From contig JAMOMM010000261.1 of NCBI GenBank assembly GCA_027067085.1, positions 1 through 39,422 of the forward strand: DNA of 39,422 nucleotides. The letters are read 5' to 3'. Source of the DNA: Hyphomicrobiales bacterium. Lineage in GTDB: Bacteria; Pseudomonadota; Alphaproteobacteria; Rhizobiales; Aestuariivirgaceae. The first letter of the stretch is position 1. Each line of letters opens with the position of its first letter. Position numbers and translations under genes: made by a program. Under the pieces are notes generated by a model. It was not told the DNA's origin. It saw only the letters and a program-made list of their open reading frames with translations, and did no database searches. Positions 17,886 to 27,625 of this stretch are shown piece after piece.

Positions 17886-19124
17886 TTATTCTTCCAGTAA
17901 CAATATTTCAATTCGACGATTACGCGCATCAAACGGTTTTTCGGGAAGAAGCAATTTACGATCAGCATACCCAACGATTCTGGCAAACCTTGTTTCTGGA
18001 ATGCCACCACGTATCAGCATAAATCTCGCAATTTGGGCACGTGCTGTTGAAAGGCGCCAATTATCATATTTTTCAGAATGAAAAGGGCGAGCATCGGTAT
18101 GTCCTCTGATAACCAATTTAGCACTACGCTTGCTTAAAACCTTCGCAATTTTTTCCATAAAAAGAACAAGCTCTCTGGTTGGCTTGGCTGACGCTACGTT
18201 AAACATCCCAAACTCAGCCTTGTCAGTTAAGCTTATCAAAATGCCTTCACTCGTGTTAGTAACGTTGACGCTTGGCTGTCCTTTCAAATCAGTGTTCTTG
18301 GTTGTAACAGAAATATCTTTTAGGAGCTTTTGAACTTTTTTTCGCATACGCAATTGCGGTGTTTTTGATTTTATCAGTTTTTTCTCAAATTTCTCAGGTT
18401 TCTCCTCAACAGTTAAAATCTTTACCTTTTTTTTCAATTTTTTCATTGCTGCCAGTTTGGCTTTTTTTGAGATCGACTTGGTCTTTTTTGCTTCTGCATT
18501 TGTTTTTTTATCCAGCGAAGGTTTTTTTACTTGTTTTGCAGACATGGATTTATTTGAACGCGGTTTAGTTTTCACCTCCAAAACCTTCCAACTCTTTGGC
18601 GCAAAAGGATCCCTATATTGGTGCTCAATACTTGCCCTTTTTTGCGTCTTTGAACTGCGCGTGCCCGCCCCTTTTGCCCCCAAGACTATTTCATTCAGCA
18701 TTTTCAATGGTTTTTGGAGGAGTTTTTCTTCCCGATCCATTTTTTTGCCAGATCCATTTTTGACCAGTCCACCAGTTTCCTGTTTCACATTTTCACCACT
18801 TAGAGGCTTAGTTGCTGGCGGGACTTCATTCGATTTTTTATTGGTTGTGCTATCATTACCTTTTTTATCATTCAATCCCCTTGGATTAGTCGACGCATCA
18901 ACTAATTTGACGGGATTGAAGTAACTTGCAACCTGTGCCTTTGTTTCTTCATTTGAAGCATTGATTAGCCACATCACCAAAAAAAACGCCATCATCGCAG
19001 TCATAAAATCAGCATAAGCAATTTTCCAAACCCCACCATGATGAGCAGGTTCACCACCACGTTTGCGTTTGATAACAATTATTTCGGGTACAATAACAAC
19101 TTCGTCTTTATCTTGCGTATTCAT
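17886..19124 (-). CDS. motB: stator protein MotB with an extended Lys-rich linker
   Basis: Contains the TM/plug region WKIAYADFMTAMMAFFLVMWLINAS and a C-terminal OmpA-like domain (IRGHTDARPF..NWRLSTARAQ..GYADRKLL..RNRRIEILL). Confidence 0.92.
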   Translation of the reverse strand: MNTQDKDEVVIVPEIIVIKRKRGGEPAHHGGVWKIAYADFMTAMMAFFLVMWLINASNEETKAQVASYFNPVKLVDASTNPRGLNDKKGNDSTTNKKSNEVPPATKPLSGENVKQETGGLVKNGSGKKMDREEKLLQKPLKMLNEIVLGAKGAGTRSSKTQKRASIEHQYRDPFAPKSWKVLEVKTKPRSNKSMSAKQVKKPSLDKKTNAEAKKTKSISKKAKLAAMKKLKKKVKILTVEEKPEKFEKKLIKSKTPQLRMRKKVQKLLKDISVTTKNTDLKGQPSVNVTNTSEGILISLTDKAEFGMFNVASAKPTRELVLFMEKIAKVLSKRSAKLVIRGHTDARPFHSEKYDNWRLSTARAQIARFMLIRGGIPETRFARIVGYADRKLLLPEKPFDARNRRIEILLLEE

Positions 19125-19777
19125 TCCCCCGCCTCAGCTTGAGAAAAACCCGAAAGCATTTCCTCCCATTCTTTGAAACGGGTCTCAATCCACATGTCAT
19201 CGATTTCCAAGGTGATTTCATTTTGCTCAGTGACAGTACAGCTTACTTTAAACCCCATATTTTCTAAAAGTGTTTTGATACCCTGAATTTTGCTTTCACT
19301 CCCACTTAATAACACTTCTGATGTCTTTAAATTATGACTGACACTTTCAATAGTCTCAATTAAGTCTGTCATGATTTTATTCTTAATCGAGCTATCCACA
19401 AAAGGTTTGATTGCATTCAGCACAGCACCTGAAACGTTGTTTTTTATCCGATATAATCCTTGCTCAAATTGTTGCCTGACATTTTCTGCAAGTTGTTCAG
19501 CCAACTCAATCTTTAGTTTCTCAATTATTTCTTGATATTCAGCGCGTAAATGGCTTTCCTGCAGCGCAAGTTTTTCCGAGACGGAAACCGCACTTAATCC
19601 GCCTTCTTCAAAGCCAATATTGCAGTTCTTTTTATTTGTCTCTTGTTTAGGAGCTATCTCAACCGCATCAAGCATATCCTCATGAATCTCAGGAACGGTC
19701 GGATTAATCACCACTTTATCTTGGATGTCTTCTTGTGAAAAGTCGGCCAAATAAACCGATGCAGGGACAATATTCAT
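19121..19777 (-). CDS. putative FliH-like flagellar assembly protein
   Basis: A 218-aa acidic protein directly downstream of fliF (4-nt overlap). It has the pattern GFEEGGLS..LRAEYQEIIEKLKIELAEQLAENVRQQFEQGL, which resembles FliH. The call rests on position and a weak motif only. Confidence 0.4.
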   Translation of the reverse strand: MNIVPASVYLADFSQEDIQDKVVINPTVPEIHEDMLDAVEIAPKQETNKKNCNIGFEEGGLSAVSVSEKLALQESHLRAEYQEIIEKLKIELAEQLAENVRQQFEQGLYRIKNNVSGAVLNAIKPFVDSSIKNKIMTDLIETIESVSHNLKTSEVLLSGSESKIQGIKTLLENMGFKVSCTVTEQNEITLEIDDMWIETRFKEWEEMLSGFSQAEAGE

Positions 19778-21462
19778 GCCGAACCTTCCTCATGAACCCA
19801 ACTTTTAAGCACACCTGCTGCTTTACTTTCATCAAATTCTATAAGTTGCTCTAAGCGTTGCATGGGCACTTGAGAGACATTTCCAACCACGTCTTCAATT
19901 AAATTATTGGATGCAGATGATGCATTGTCCAATGGGCTCACCGTACCACCACTCATGCCATCAAGAGGGGGCAAAGCTTCAATTGGTTCAAGTGCAAAAT
20001 TATTATCAGATTGGCTGCTTAAATCTGGTAAACTGCCAGCCTTATCCTGTGGCTTATTACCGATCTCTACTAAGGCCCGTGTTGCTGGGCGAATACCTAA
20101 AAAAATCACCAGACCCGTAACAACCAGAACAATTATTCCGTTCATTAGGTTTGGTATAAGCCGAACAAAGTACGAAGAAAATGTTGGTGCCAGGATTGGT
20201 GCCATTTCATTGTTTTTTTGAAAAAAATTAACCAACGTTACTTTAATATTATCATTCCGATTTTTATCAAATCCCGCTGCAGATGCAATCAATTCTTGAA
20301 TATCTTTTTGATGTTTTACTTCGAGTTCTGGAGTCAGCTTTTTGCCATCTATCGTGTTCAACATCTTCTTGTTAACGACCGCTGCAACAGAAATTTTCTT
20401 AATTATGTAACCATCACCAACGGTATCAACCGTTTTAGAACTAATTTCATAATTAATAAGTTTTTCCTTTTTTTCTTTGCTTTCACTATTTTTATTGCCA
20501 CTTCCATTTTCTGATTTTACCGAAGGTATCTCTTGATCAACGCTGGCCTTTTTTGAAGAAATCGAGTTTTTTGCAGAACCCTTTTCCTTTATCTCACGCA
20601 CAGATCGCTCAACCCGCGATGCTGGATCATAAGTTGTTTCTTTAACCTGTCTCCTATCAGTATTAAGCCTGACAATTACTGAGAGTTGAAAATTATTAAG
20701 TCCCAAAAATGGCACAAGAGTTGCTCGAATATTTTGTTTAATCTCCTTACTCATCGTTCGTTCTAGGCTCACCAATCGGCGCGGCGCTAAAGATTGCTTA
20801 TCTTCGCCAGAAGCAAGTAGTGATCCATTTGTATTCATCACAGTGACTGCATCCACACTTAAGCTTGGCACGGCTGCCGAAACCAAGTGACGGATCGATT
20901 CAGCCGAATTTTCTGAATAACTTGAGTCCGTACGAATAACGATCGAGGCAGTCGGTGTACGAGACGATCGTCTAAAAGAACTATTTTTAGCCATAACGAT
21001 GTGCACACGCGCAGCCTTCACACCTTGAATAAGTTGAACTGTGCGTGCAATTTCGCCCTCTAAAGATCGTACTAAAGTAACCTCTTGCATAAATGATGTT
21101 AGACCGAGAGATCCCATATTATCGAACAATTCATATCCTGCCTTTGAACTTCTGGGCAAGTTTTTTTGAGCCAAGAGCATTCTGGCACGCGAGGTCTGAC
21201 CAAAATCAACTTTTATTGATTTTGCATCTTCGCTCACATCAAAACCGATGTCAGTTTCATTCAAAACGACACCAATAGCAGCAATGTCTTGAGGGTCTAA
21301 TCCTGTGTATAGAACTTCAAACTGGGGCCGCGATAGGAAAACGCTTGCAAATGCTACCAACAGAAAAACCGTTAGGCCCACTGAACCCAAAACGGCAATA
21401 CGTTTACCACCGAGTTTACCAATATTCCCCGTCAAAACACCAAAACGGTCAATCCAAGCCAT
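19774..21462 (-). CDS. fliF: MS-ring protein FliF
   Basis: A 562-aa ORF with an N-terminal TM, then the motifs LYTGLDPQD..ARMLLAQKNLPRS..GYELFD, ELARTV-like EGEIARTVQLIQGVKAARVHIV, and a second TM near the C-terminus. Confidence 0.95.
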   Translation of the reverse strand: MAWIDRFGVLTGNIGKLGGKRIAVLGSVGLTVFLLVAFASVFLSRPQFEVLYTGLDPQDIAAIGVVLNETDIGFDVSEDAKSIKVDFGQTSRARMLLAQKNLPRSSKAGYELFDNMGSLGLTSFMQEVTLVRSLEGEIARTVQLIQGVKAARVHIVMAKNSSFRRSSRTPTASIVIRTDSSYSENSAESIRHLVSAAVPSLSVDAVTVMNTNGSLLASGEDKQSLAPRRLVSLERTMSKEIKQNIRATLVPFLGLNNFQLSVIVRLNTDRRQVKETTYDPASRVERSVREIKEKGSAKNSISSKKASVDQEIPSVKSENGSGNKNSESKEKKEKLINYEISSKTVDTVGDGYIIKKISVAAVVNKKMLNTIDGKKLTPELEVKHQKDIQELIASAAGFDKNRNDNIKVTLVNFFQKNNEMAPILAPTFSSYFVRLIPNLMNGIIVLVVTGLVIFLGIRPATRALVEIGNKPQDKAGSLPDLSSQSDNNFALEPIEALPPLDGMSGGTVSPLDNASSASNNLIEDVVGNVSQVPMQRLEQLIEFDESKAAGVLKSWVHEEGSA

Positions 21463-21530
21463 AGTCCCTCAATATTTCTAGTGGAAAATACAAATAATCG
21501 CTGCTTGGGCTTGCGTGAGGGTTGATCTGC

Positions 21531-21566
21531 CCAAAAAAAATGCCGCGAGTTTAGAACTCACGGCAT
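21531..21566 (-). terminator. rho-independent terminator of the flagellin gene
   Basis: The minus-strand RNA reads UGCCGUGAG-uucuaaa-CUCGCGGCA, a 9-bp stem with one G-U pair, followed by U8. It begins about 30 nt after the flagellin stop. Confidence 0.8.
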
Positions 21567-21594
21567 TATTCGGTACTATTAGATTAAGTAGAAA

Positions 21595-22518
21595 TTATCT
21601 GAACAAGGACAAGACGTTCTGACTTGATGAGTTTGCAATGCTTAGCGCTTGCACACCCAACTGTTGTTGAACTTGTAACGCTTTCAAACGAGTTGATTCA
21701 GCGGTCATATCAGCATCAACCAATTCACCTACTCCACGCGAAATTGCATCCATAAGATTGGAAACAAAATCTTTTTGCATATCAACACGTTTCTTAGTTG
21801 CACCAAGGTTACTCGCCGCTGTCGTCATTGACTGATGTGCGCCATCAACTGTAGAAATAATTTCATCCAAGTCTGCAAGATCAGCTACGGAATCTGTGTA
21901 AGCAGAAACATCTACTGTCGCTACAGAATACGTTACTGCTCCATTGGTGGTTGTACTTGTAGTGTCAAGTATACCAGATCCGCCAGCATCAGCATCATAG
22001 AGTTTAACGTTGGCGGTGTTTACATCAATCGTACCGACCGTAACGCCCGTTGCAGAACGCGTGAATGATGCAACTATTGACTTACTGGCATTGTAACCAA
22101 CAGCACCAGAATCAACTGAAAGCCAGTTTTCACCAGAAAATGATGCAGAACTAGCAATACTGACCAACTGATTTTGCAACTCATCAACTTCAGCTTGAAT
22201 TGCAACACGATCAACACCCGGTTCACGTGCAGCCACAATTTTTGCTTTAATTTCGTCGACAACTTCTAAGCTAGACTCCATCGCAGTATAGGCCACATCA
22301 ACTGTTGCTGCACCCAAGCCAAGTGCATCGGTTACTGTGCCTAAAGCTTTGTTATCAGAGCGCATTGTTGTCGCAATTGACCAATAGGCTGCGCTGTCAG
22401 ATGCTGTAGCTACTTTATAGCCCGTAGCAATACGGTTTTGAGTTGTTTCTAAGTTTGAATTTGTTTGATTAAGCGTTTGTAGCGCCGTCATCGCTGATGC
22501 ATTTGTCATAATTGACAT
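21595..22518 (-). CDS. fla: flagellin (rhizobial type), single copy in the window
   Basis: The N-terminus is MTNASAMTALQTLNQTNSNLETTQNRIATGYKVATASDSAAYWSIATTMRSDNKALG. It also has SFSGENWL, and the C-terminus is ESTRLKALQVQQQLGVQALSIANSSSQNVLSLFR. Confidence 0.96.
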   Translation of the reverse strand: MSIMTNASAMTALQTLNQTNSNLETTQNRIATGYKVATASDSAAYWSIATTMRSDNKALGTVTDALGLGAATVDVAYTAMESSLEVVDEIKAKIVAAREPGVDRVAIQAEVDELQNQLVSIASSASFSGENWLSVDSGAVGYNASKSIVASFTRSATGVTVGTIDVNTANVKLYDADAGGSGILDTTSTTTNGAVTYSVATVDVSAYTDSVADLADLDEIISTVDGAHQSMTTAASNLGATKKRVDMQKDFVSNLMDAISRGVGELVDADMTAESTRLKALQVQQQLGVQALSIANSSSQNVLSLFR

Positions 22519-22569
22519 AGTTTCAAGTCCTTTACGTTACTTACTAGTTTATACTATTTTTGTAAGAAC

Positions 22570-22609
22570 ATATCGGACTTGCACCGACACAGTGAAACGG
22601 CATCATGCC
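22570..22609 (-). promoter_or_regulatory. bipartite motif upstream of flagellin (candidate promoter/operator)
   Basis: The minus strand reads GGCATGATGCC-gtttcactgtg-TCGGT-gcaag-TCCGATAT and ends about 50 nt upstream of the flagellin ATG. The last block resembles a CGA-type -10 element such as GCCGATAA. The three blocks are identical to the copy at 28925-28964. Confidence 0.6.
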
Positions 22610-22688
22610 ATTGGGCTAGAGTTAAAAAGCGCCCAATCCACTATACTCGGACACATTATTCAATAGGTGTTAAAATTTAGTTAAAAAT

Positions 22689-23450
22689 CTAAAAGAACGA
22701 CCTAACCAACCCTCCAACCAACAAATTCCAACCATCAATCAATATGAAGAACAATATTTTGAATGGTAATGAGATCACTGTCGGCGGCAACATCATCATT
22801 CCCATAGACATGGTAATAGTTGCCACAACCAAATCTATAACCAAAAAAGGCAAAACGATTAAGAAACCAATTTCAAAACCTCTCCGTAATTCTGAGATCA
22901 TGAAAGCTGGTATTAAGATTCTCAAGTCAATCTTGTCAGACTTGCCATTCCTTGCCTTTTCATCCTTGTTTTCCCTTCCAAAACTCTTACTAGCTAAGTC
23001 TTGAAACATATGAATATCTTTGGCCCGCACTTGATCCAACATAAAGCGGCGAAATGGCTGTACCACATTTTCGTAGGCTTGGGCTTGTGATATCTTATCT
23101 TCCATCATTGGTTTGATGCCATTTTGCCAAGCCTTATCTGTCGTTGGCCCCATTATGAAAAATGTCATAAACAATGCTAGAGAAATCAGAATTAGATTTG
23201 CTGGCGTTGTCTGCAAACCCATCCCAGAACGCAAAAATGACAATGCCACAATGATACGCGTAAAACTTGTTACCATAATCAAAAGCCCAGGTGCTACAGA
23301 CAGCACCGTTAGCAAAACAACCATTTGGATAATTTTTCCCGTTGCTGAATTTTCAACAGGTGGTAAAAAGTCCCCAAAGGTTACATCTTGTCCCATAGCT
23401 GGCATCGCTAAAAACATAAGTGCCGAAAGAGCTAGAATGATATATTTCAT
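22689..23450 (-). CDS. fliP: flagellar export apparatus protein FliP
   Basis: Signal peptide plus the motifs LLTVLSVAPGLLIMVTSFTRIIVALSFLRSGMGLQTTPAN and FMISELRRGFEIGFLIVLPFLVIDLVVA. Confidence 0.96.
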   Translation of the reverse strand: MKYIILALSALMFLAMPAMGQDVTFGDFLPPVENSATGKIIQMVVLLTVLSVAPGLLIMVTSFTRIIVALSFLRSGMGLQTTPANLILISLALFMTFFIMGPTTDKAWQNGIKPMMEDKISQAQAYENVVQPFRRFMLDQVRAKDIHMFQDLASKSFGRENKDEKARNGKSDKIDLRILIPAFMISELRRGFEIGFLIVLPFLVIDLVVATITMSMGMMMLPPTVISLPFKILFFILIDGWNLLVGGLVRSFF

Positions 23451-23965
23451 TCCACGACCAACGAGCTAATCACAAATTCTAGAATTTTCCCTTTGGAACG
23501 AATACGAGCTCTTTCTGTTAGATCATCTCGCAGATATGCTAATGCACTTGCACCCTCCAAATCAATCATCCTTAAAGTACGTAAATAAGCCAGAGTATCT
23601 TCTGAGATTCTTGCATTCAACGCATCAAAATTCATCGATTCATGGTTGCTTAAAATGATAGCCCCCTCCAACCGCACCCACGCATTCTTTGGCTCTGCCA
23701 AATTGGTTACAATTGGTAATAATATTTTGACTATTCGGTCACCAGCATAGATTCCGTCGAGTTTTTTAGTAGCTTTATTCGCTACGCTTTTTGGTCGCAC
23801 TGTTTGGGTTTTAGAGCTCGGAACTAACGAAGAAAATTGTGTACCCATCCCTCCGCCAACCATAACAGCAATTAGCGACGCTATAACAACACCAAAAATA
23901 GTCCCTTTTGAGGAACTATCTCCTTTCTCAACTTGCGACAAAACATCATCTGATACAGGCATCAC
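23447..23965 (-). CDS. fliL: basal-body-associated protein FliL
   Basis: It has a TM helix followed by KILLPIVTNLAEPKNAWVRLEGAIIL, and lies upstream of fliP with a 4-nt overlap. Confidence 0.85.
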   Translation of the reverse strand: MMPVSDDVLSQVEKGDSSSKGTIFGVVIASLIAVMVGGGMGTQFSSLVPSSKTQTVRPKSVANKATKKLDGIYAGDRIVKILLPIVTNLAEPKNAWVRLEGAIILSNHESMNFDALNARISEDTLAYLRTLRMIDLEGASALAYLRDDLTERARIRSKGKILEFVISSLVVE

Positions 23966-23976
23966 TTCATTCTCGC

Positions 23977-24696
23977 TTAAAAGGGGTTCACATTGGTTAT
24001 TATTTGCTGCAAAAACCCTGGTTGCTGAACTTCCATTGAACGCCCACGTCCGCCGTATGAGATTCTAGCCTCAGCAATTTTTTCATATGTGATGGTATTT
24101 TCTTGAGTAACATCTTGCGGGCGCACAATTCCTGCTACCGACAACACCCGCATTTCAAAATTGACCAACACTTCCTGAGTACCTGCAATTATATAATTGC
24201 CATTTGGTAAAACCTGGGTAATCACTGCAGCTATTGAGAGTTTGATTTTTTCAGAGCGAACAACAGAACCAGATCCATTAAACTTTGTACCGTTGTCAAC
24301 ATTGGCACCGATACCGCCTTTATACTCTCCACCACTGGAAAACATCGAGCCGTCATAAGAAAAATCTGCCCCTGCCCGCCATTTATTATTGGAAGCCCGT
24401 GAACGTTTGAACTTGTTCGCAAGGTCAGCCTTATCATCGATTTGGATGTGTACCGTTAAAACATCACCAGTTAATTTAGCTCTTTGATCGTGAAAAATGC
24501 TCTCGCGATTACCTGGCCATAAAGAATAATTTATTGCTTTAGTACGCGGTTTTATTGCAACTGTAGGTGCAATGTAGCGCGCTGATGTAATCCCTGATCC
24601 GACGTTCGACATTTTGGGTGCAACGCCAATTTCATCCACATGTGCTGCGCATCCACCTATCGTTAAGACGGCACTTAGAGCAATGAAGTACCGCAT
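23977..24696 (-). CDS. flgH: L-ring lipoprotein FlgH
   Basis: It has a lipobox (LTIGGC) and the motifs DQRAKLTGDVLTVHI and NYIIAGTQEVLVNFEMRVLSVAGIVRPQD. Confidence 0.93.
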   Translation of the reverse strand: MRYFIALSAVLTIGGCAAHVDEIGVAPKMSNVGSGITSARYIAPTVAIKPRTKAINYSLWPGNRESIFHDQRAKLTGDVLTVHIQIDDKADLANKFKRSRASNNKWRAGADFSYDGSMFSSGGEYKGGIGANVDNGTKFNGSGSVVRSEKIKLSIAAVITQVLPNGNYIIAGTQEVLVNFEMRVLSVAGIVRPQDVTQENTITYEKIAEARISYGGRGRSMEVQQPGFLQQIITNVNPF

Positions 24697-25250
24697 CAGT
24701 TATTTTCCTTTTTTTGAAATTTCGTTGAGCCGCTGATAACACTCACTAAACGACTTGCCTTTTGAGGTGACATTTCGTTCAAAATTGCACTTGCTTCACG
24801 TGGCTTTAACTTGATTAAAATAGATATCGCCGTGTCATAATCCACCAGAGAAATTTGAGCTGCTGCTGTATCTGGTTCCATGATCGAGTAAATTGCCACC
24901 AAAGATAACGTCATTTTACTGACAAATGCCTCACGGCGTTCAACCCATTTTTTATACTCTGCTTGCTTTTTTTCAAATTGTAGAATTACCTTTTTTAGTT
25001 TTTTTTCCATTTCTGCAAGCTTCTTAGCCTGCCAAACATTTTTAGCATCTTGCGCTGCATCTCCATTATTGAAACAAAACTTGTGGAAATCCTTTTCAAA
25101 AGTTGGACTGACTGATTTTATAACAGTTGGTTTCTTTTGCGGTTCTACCGCTATCGACATACTGACAAAGAAAACCAGCCCAATAGGGATTAACGCTAAT
25201 TTTATAAGCTCTCTCAACAACCAGTTTCTAAAAATTTTCTGTATAATCAT
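24696..25250 (-). CDS. motE: MotE-like periplasmic chaperone (MotC-specific in Sinorhizobium)
   Basis: It has an N-terminal TM or signal sequence, a coiled coil, and a C-terminal motif PREASAILNEMSPQKASRLV. It lies between flgI and flgH, as motE does. Confidence 0.6.
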   Translation of the reverse strand: MIIQKIFRNWLLRELIKLALIPIGLVFFVSMSIAVEPQKKPTVIKSVSPTFEKDFHKFCFNNGDAAQDAKNVWQAKKLAEMEKKLKKVILQFEKKQAEYKKWVERREAFVSKMTLSLVAIYSIMEPDTAAAQISLVDYDTAISILIKLKPREASAILNEMSPQKASRLVSVISGSTKFQKKENN

Positions 25251-26353
25251 TGGACAATTAAATCTGCTTGAAGCGCGCCTGCTGTTTTAATCGCTTGAAG
25301 AATAGCGATCACACCTTTAGGTTTTAAGCCGATACTATTTAAGCCTGCCACCAAATCGTAAAGATCGGTGCCAACGAGGATAGCTAAACTACCGCCCTTT
25401 TCTTTCCCCGTTACAAAGGTTTCTGGTGTCACCGTGGTTTTACCGTTGGAGAAAGGCCCTGGTTGCGATACACGAGGTACTTCCGTTATCCGAACGGTTA
25501 GATTTCCGTGTGTTGCAGCGACAGTTGAAATCGTAACTTGAGCGCCGATAACAACGGTACCAGTCCTCTCATCGATCACAACTCGGGCAGGCGAATCTGG
25601 GGTAACTGTTAAGTCACCAAGTTGGGCAATAAAGTGAGCAACCGATATTTTCGACGGTTTTTGAATCTCAATGGTTCTCATATTCTTTGACCACGCCAGC
25701 GACTTTCCATAACGTTTTCGAGTATATTTATTAATCGCCTTGGAAATCATTACTGATGTTTTAAAATCTGGATTTCGCAATTCAAATACAATTTTTTTCT
25801 GTTTGAAAAATGAACCGGTGACCTCGCGCTCAATTATTGCACCATTGGGAATACGCCCACTTGTTGGCACGCCTTGCGTTACACTTTCAGCCAGTCCTTG
25901 TGACACAAACCCTGTTACAGTCAAGGGACCCTGAGCTACCGCATAAATTTTACGGTCAGCCCCTTTCATTGGAGTCAAAATAAGAGAACCTCCAACCAAA
26001 GAAGACGCATCTCCCAAAGAAGAAACATTTACATCAATTTTTGACCCTCTATTAATGAAAGGTGGCAATGTCGCCGTTATCATGACGCTCGCAACGTTTT
26101 TAGTTTGCGAAGTAGAGCGTTCGAATTTCGCGCCTAAGCGTTCAAGCATTATCCGCAAAGCCTGCTCTGTAAATGGTGAATTTCGTAAATTATCACCTGT
26201 ACCATTTAGACCAACAACCAAACCATAACCAATAAGTTGATTGTCGCGAACACCGCGAATAGTCACAATATCTTTTATGCGCGCCGCCGATAAACTTGGC
26301 AAAACATTCAAAAACATCGCGCATAGTAAGAAAAATGGCAGGAATGATTTCAT
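25247..26353 (-). CDS. flgI: P-ring protein FlgI
   Basis: Signal peptide plus the motifs RIKDIVTIRGVRDNQLIGYGLVVGLNGTGD and GAQVTISTVAATHGNLTV. Confidence 0.96.
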   Translation of the reverse strand: MKSFLPFFLLCAMFLNVLPSLSAARIKDIVTIRGVRDNQLIGYGLVVGLNGTGDNLRNSPFTEQALRIMLERLGAKFERSTSQTKNVASVMITATLPPFINRGSKIDVNVSSLGDASSLVGGSLILTPMKGADRKIYAVAQGPLTVTGFVSQGLAESVTQGVPTSGRIPNGAIIEREVTGSFFKQKKIVFELRNPDFKTSVMISKAINKYTRKRYGKSLAWSKNMRTIEIQKPSKISVAHFIAQLGDLTVTPDSPARVVIDERTGTVVIGAQVTISTVAATHGNLTVRITEVPRVSQPGPFSNGKTTVTPETFVTGKEKGGSLAILVGTDLYDLVAGLNSIGLKPKGVIAILQAIKTAGALQADLIVQ

Positions 26354-26814
26354 TTGGTCAGCACTTCCACCGAACCGTCGGCCCGTACAGTACCGATAAC
26401 CTGTAAACCAGTATCGATATTACGCGTTTGGATAACTTGCCCGACGGTCGCAGATTTTAAAGACATCGCTTTTGTGACGATTGAGAGACCACCTAATTTA
26501 TAACGAAGAGTAACAACCTGCCCTACTTTTACAGTATATGCCTGGCGTAAAAATCGCCGCTCAATCGGGCGCCCCGCGACCAAAGTTCTGTTAGCTACTT
26601 TTCCAATAACTTCTGCCTTGCCACGCACCTTGCCGCCACGGGCAATATACACATCTACAAAACGCGCTTCTCGAAGCATATTAATTTGAATTTTTTCGCC
26701 AGGATAAATTGTAATTACTGGTACAATTAAAATGCCTTCAGCTTGAGCTTGATGGCCAGTCAATAAGACAGTCCCAAAGGCCAGATTGCCAACAATCATC
26801 AACCAACGTCGCAT
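26350..26814 (-). CDS. flgA: P-ring assembly chaperone FlgA
   Basis: A 154-aa protein with a signal peptide and a SAF-like C-terminus (VGQVVTLRYKLGGLSIVTKAMSLKSATVGQVIQTRN). It overlaps the flgI start. Confidence 0.8.
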   Translation of the reverse strand: MRRWLMIVGNLAFGTVLLTGHQAQAEGILIVPVITIYPGEKIQINMLREARFVDVYIARGGKVRGKAEVIGKVANRTLVAGRPIERRFLRQAYTVKVGQVVTLRYKLGGLSIVTKAMSLKSATVGQVIQTRNIDTGLQVIGTVRADGSVEVLTK

Positions 26815-27603
26815 TTAGCGAATACCTTTTGCAACTGTTCCAGCCATTTCATCTGCTGCTTGGATTACCTTTGAGTTCATTTCATAGGCACGTTGTGCCG
26901 CGATCAATTCAGTAATTTCGCGAACAGGATCAACATTTGAACTTTCCAAATACCCTTGATTGACTGTTGCAAACCCAACATCACCAGGGACGCCAGTAAC
27001 AGCGGCACCTGAAGCTGCGGTTTCACGAAATAAATTACCACCCAATGGGTCTAAGCCACTGTCATTAGCAAAATTAGCCAAAGAAAGTTGACCTAGTTCT
27101 TCCAATTCTGTTTGCCCGCTAATTCGAGCAAAAACTTGTCCAGTCTTATTGATTACAACTTCCAATGTATTTTGAGGAATGGTTATTTCTGGTTGTACAA
27201 CATAGCCATCTAGCGTCACTAATTGGCCAGTTGAGCTTTTATTAAAGGCACCCGCCCGCGTATAAAGAGTCTCTCCAGAACTGTTATTAATTTGAAACCA
27301 TCCCCGTCCTGTTAGTGCCACGTCAAGTTTGTTTGAAGTATGGGCTAACGCACCTTGAAGGTGCAGTTTACGCACGGCAGCAGATCTAACGCCTAGCCCT
27401 ACCATAGCACCTTCAGGAATAGCATTTTCACCGCCGCGGTTTGCAACGCCAGGAAGTCGCTCTGCTTGGTAAAGTAAATCTGTAAACTCTGCCCGAGCCC
27501 GTTTGAATCCTGTCGTATTGATGTTGGCAATATTATTGGCAATAACCTCTACGTTAAGTTGCTGGGCGGCCATACCAGTTGCTGCAATTGCGAGGGCTTT
27601 CAT
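26815..27603 (-). CDS. flgG: distal rod protein FlgG
   Basis: Contains [30 protein letters not shown] and C-terminal [26 protein letters not shown]. Confidence 0.96.
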   Translation of the reverse strand: MKALAIAATGMAAQQLNVEVIANNIANINTTGFKRARAEFTDLLYQAERLPGVANRGGENAIPEGAMVGLGVRSAAVRKLHLQGALAHTSNKLDVALTGRGWFQINNSSGETLYTRAGAFNKSSTGQLVTLDGYVVQPEITIPQNTLEVVINKTGQVFARISGQTELEELGQLSLANFANDSGLDPLGGNLFRETAASGAAVTGVPGDVGFATVNQGYLESSNVDPVREITELIAAQRAYEMNSKVIQAADEMAGTVAKGIR

Positions 27604-27625
27604 TATTCATATTCTCCTAAATTCT

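Noticed and set aside
22611-22646. An inverted repeat, ATTGGGC-N14-GCCCAAT, after the fliP stop, considered as a fliP terminator.
   Set aside because: The stem is only 7 bp, the loop is 14 nt, and no U-tract follows on the minus strand. It may be structural, but the evidence for a terminator is weak.
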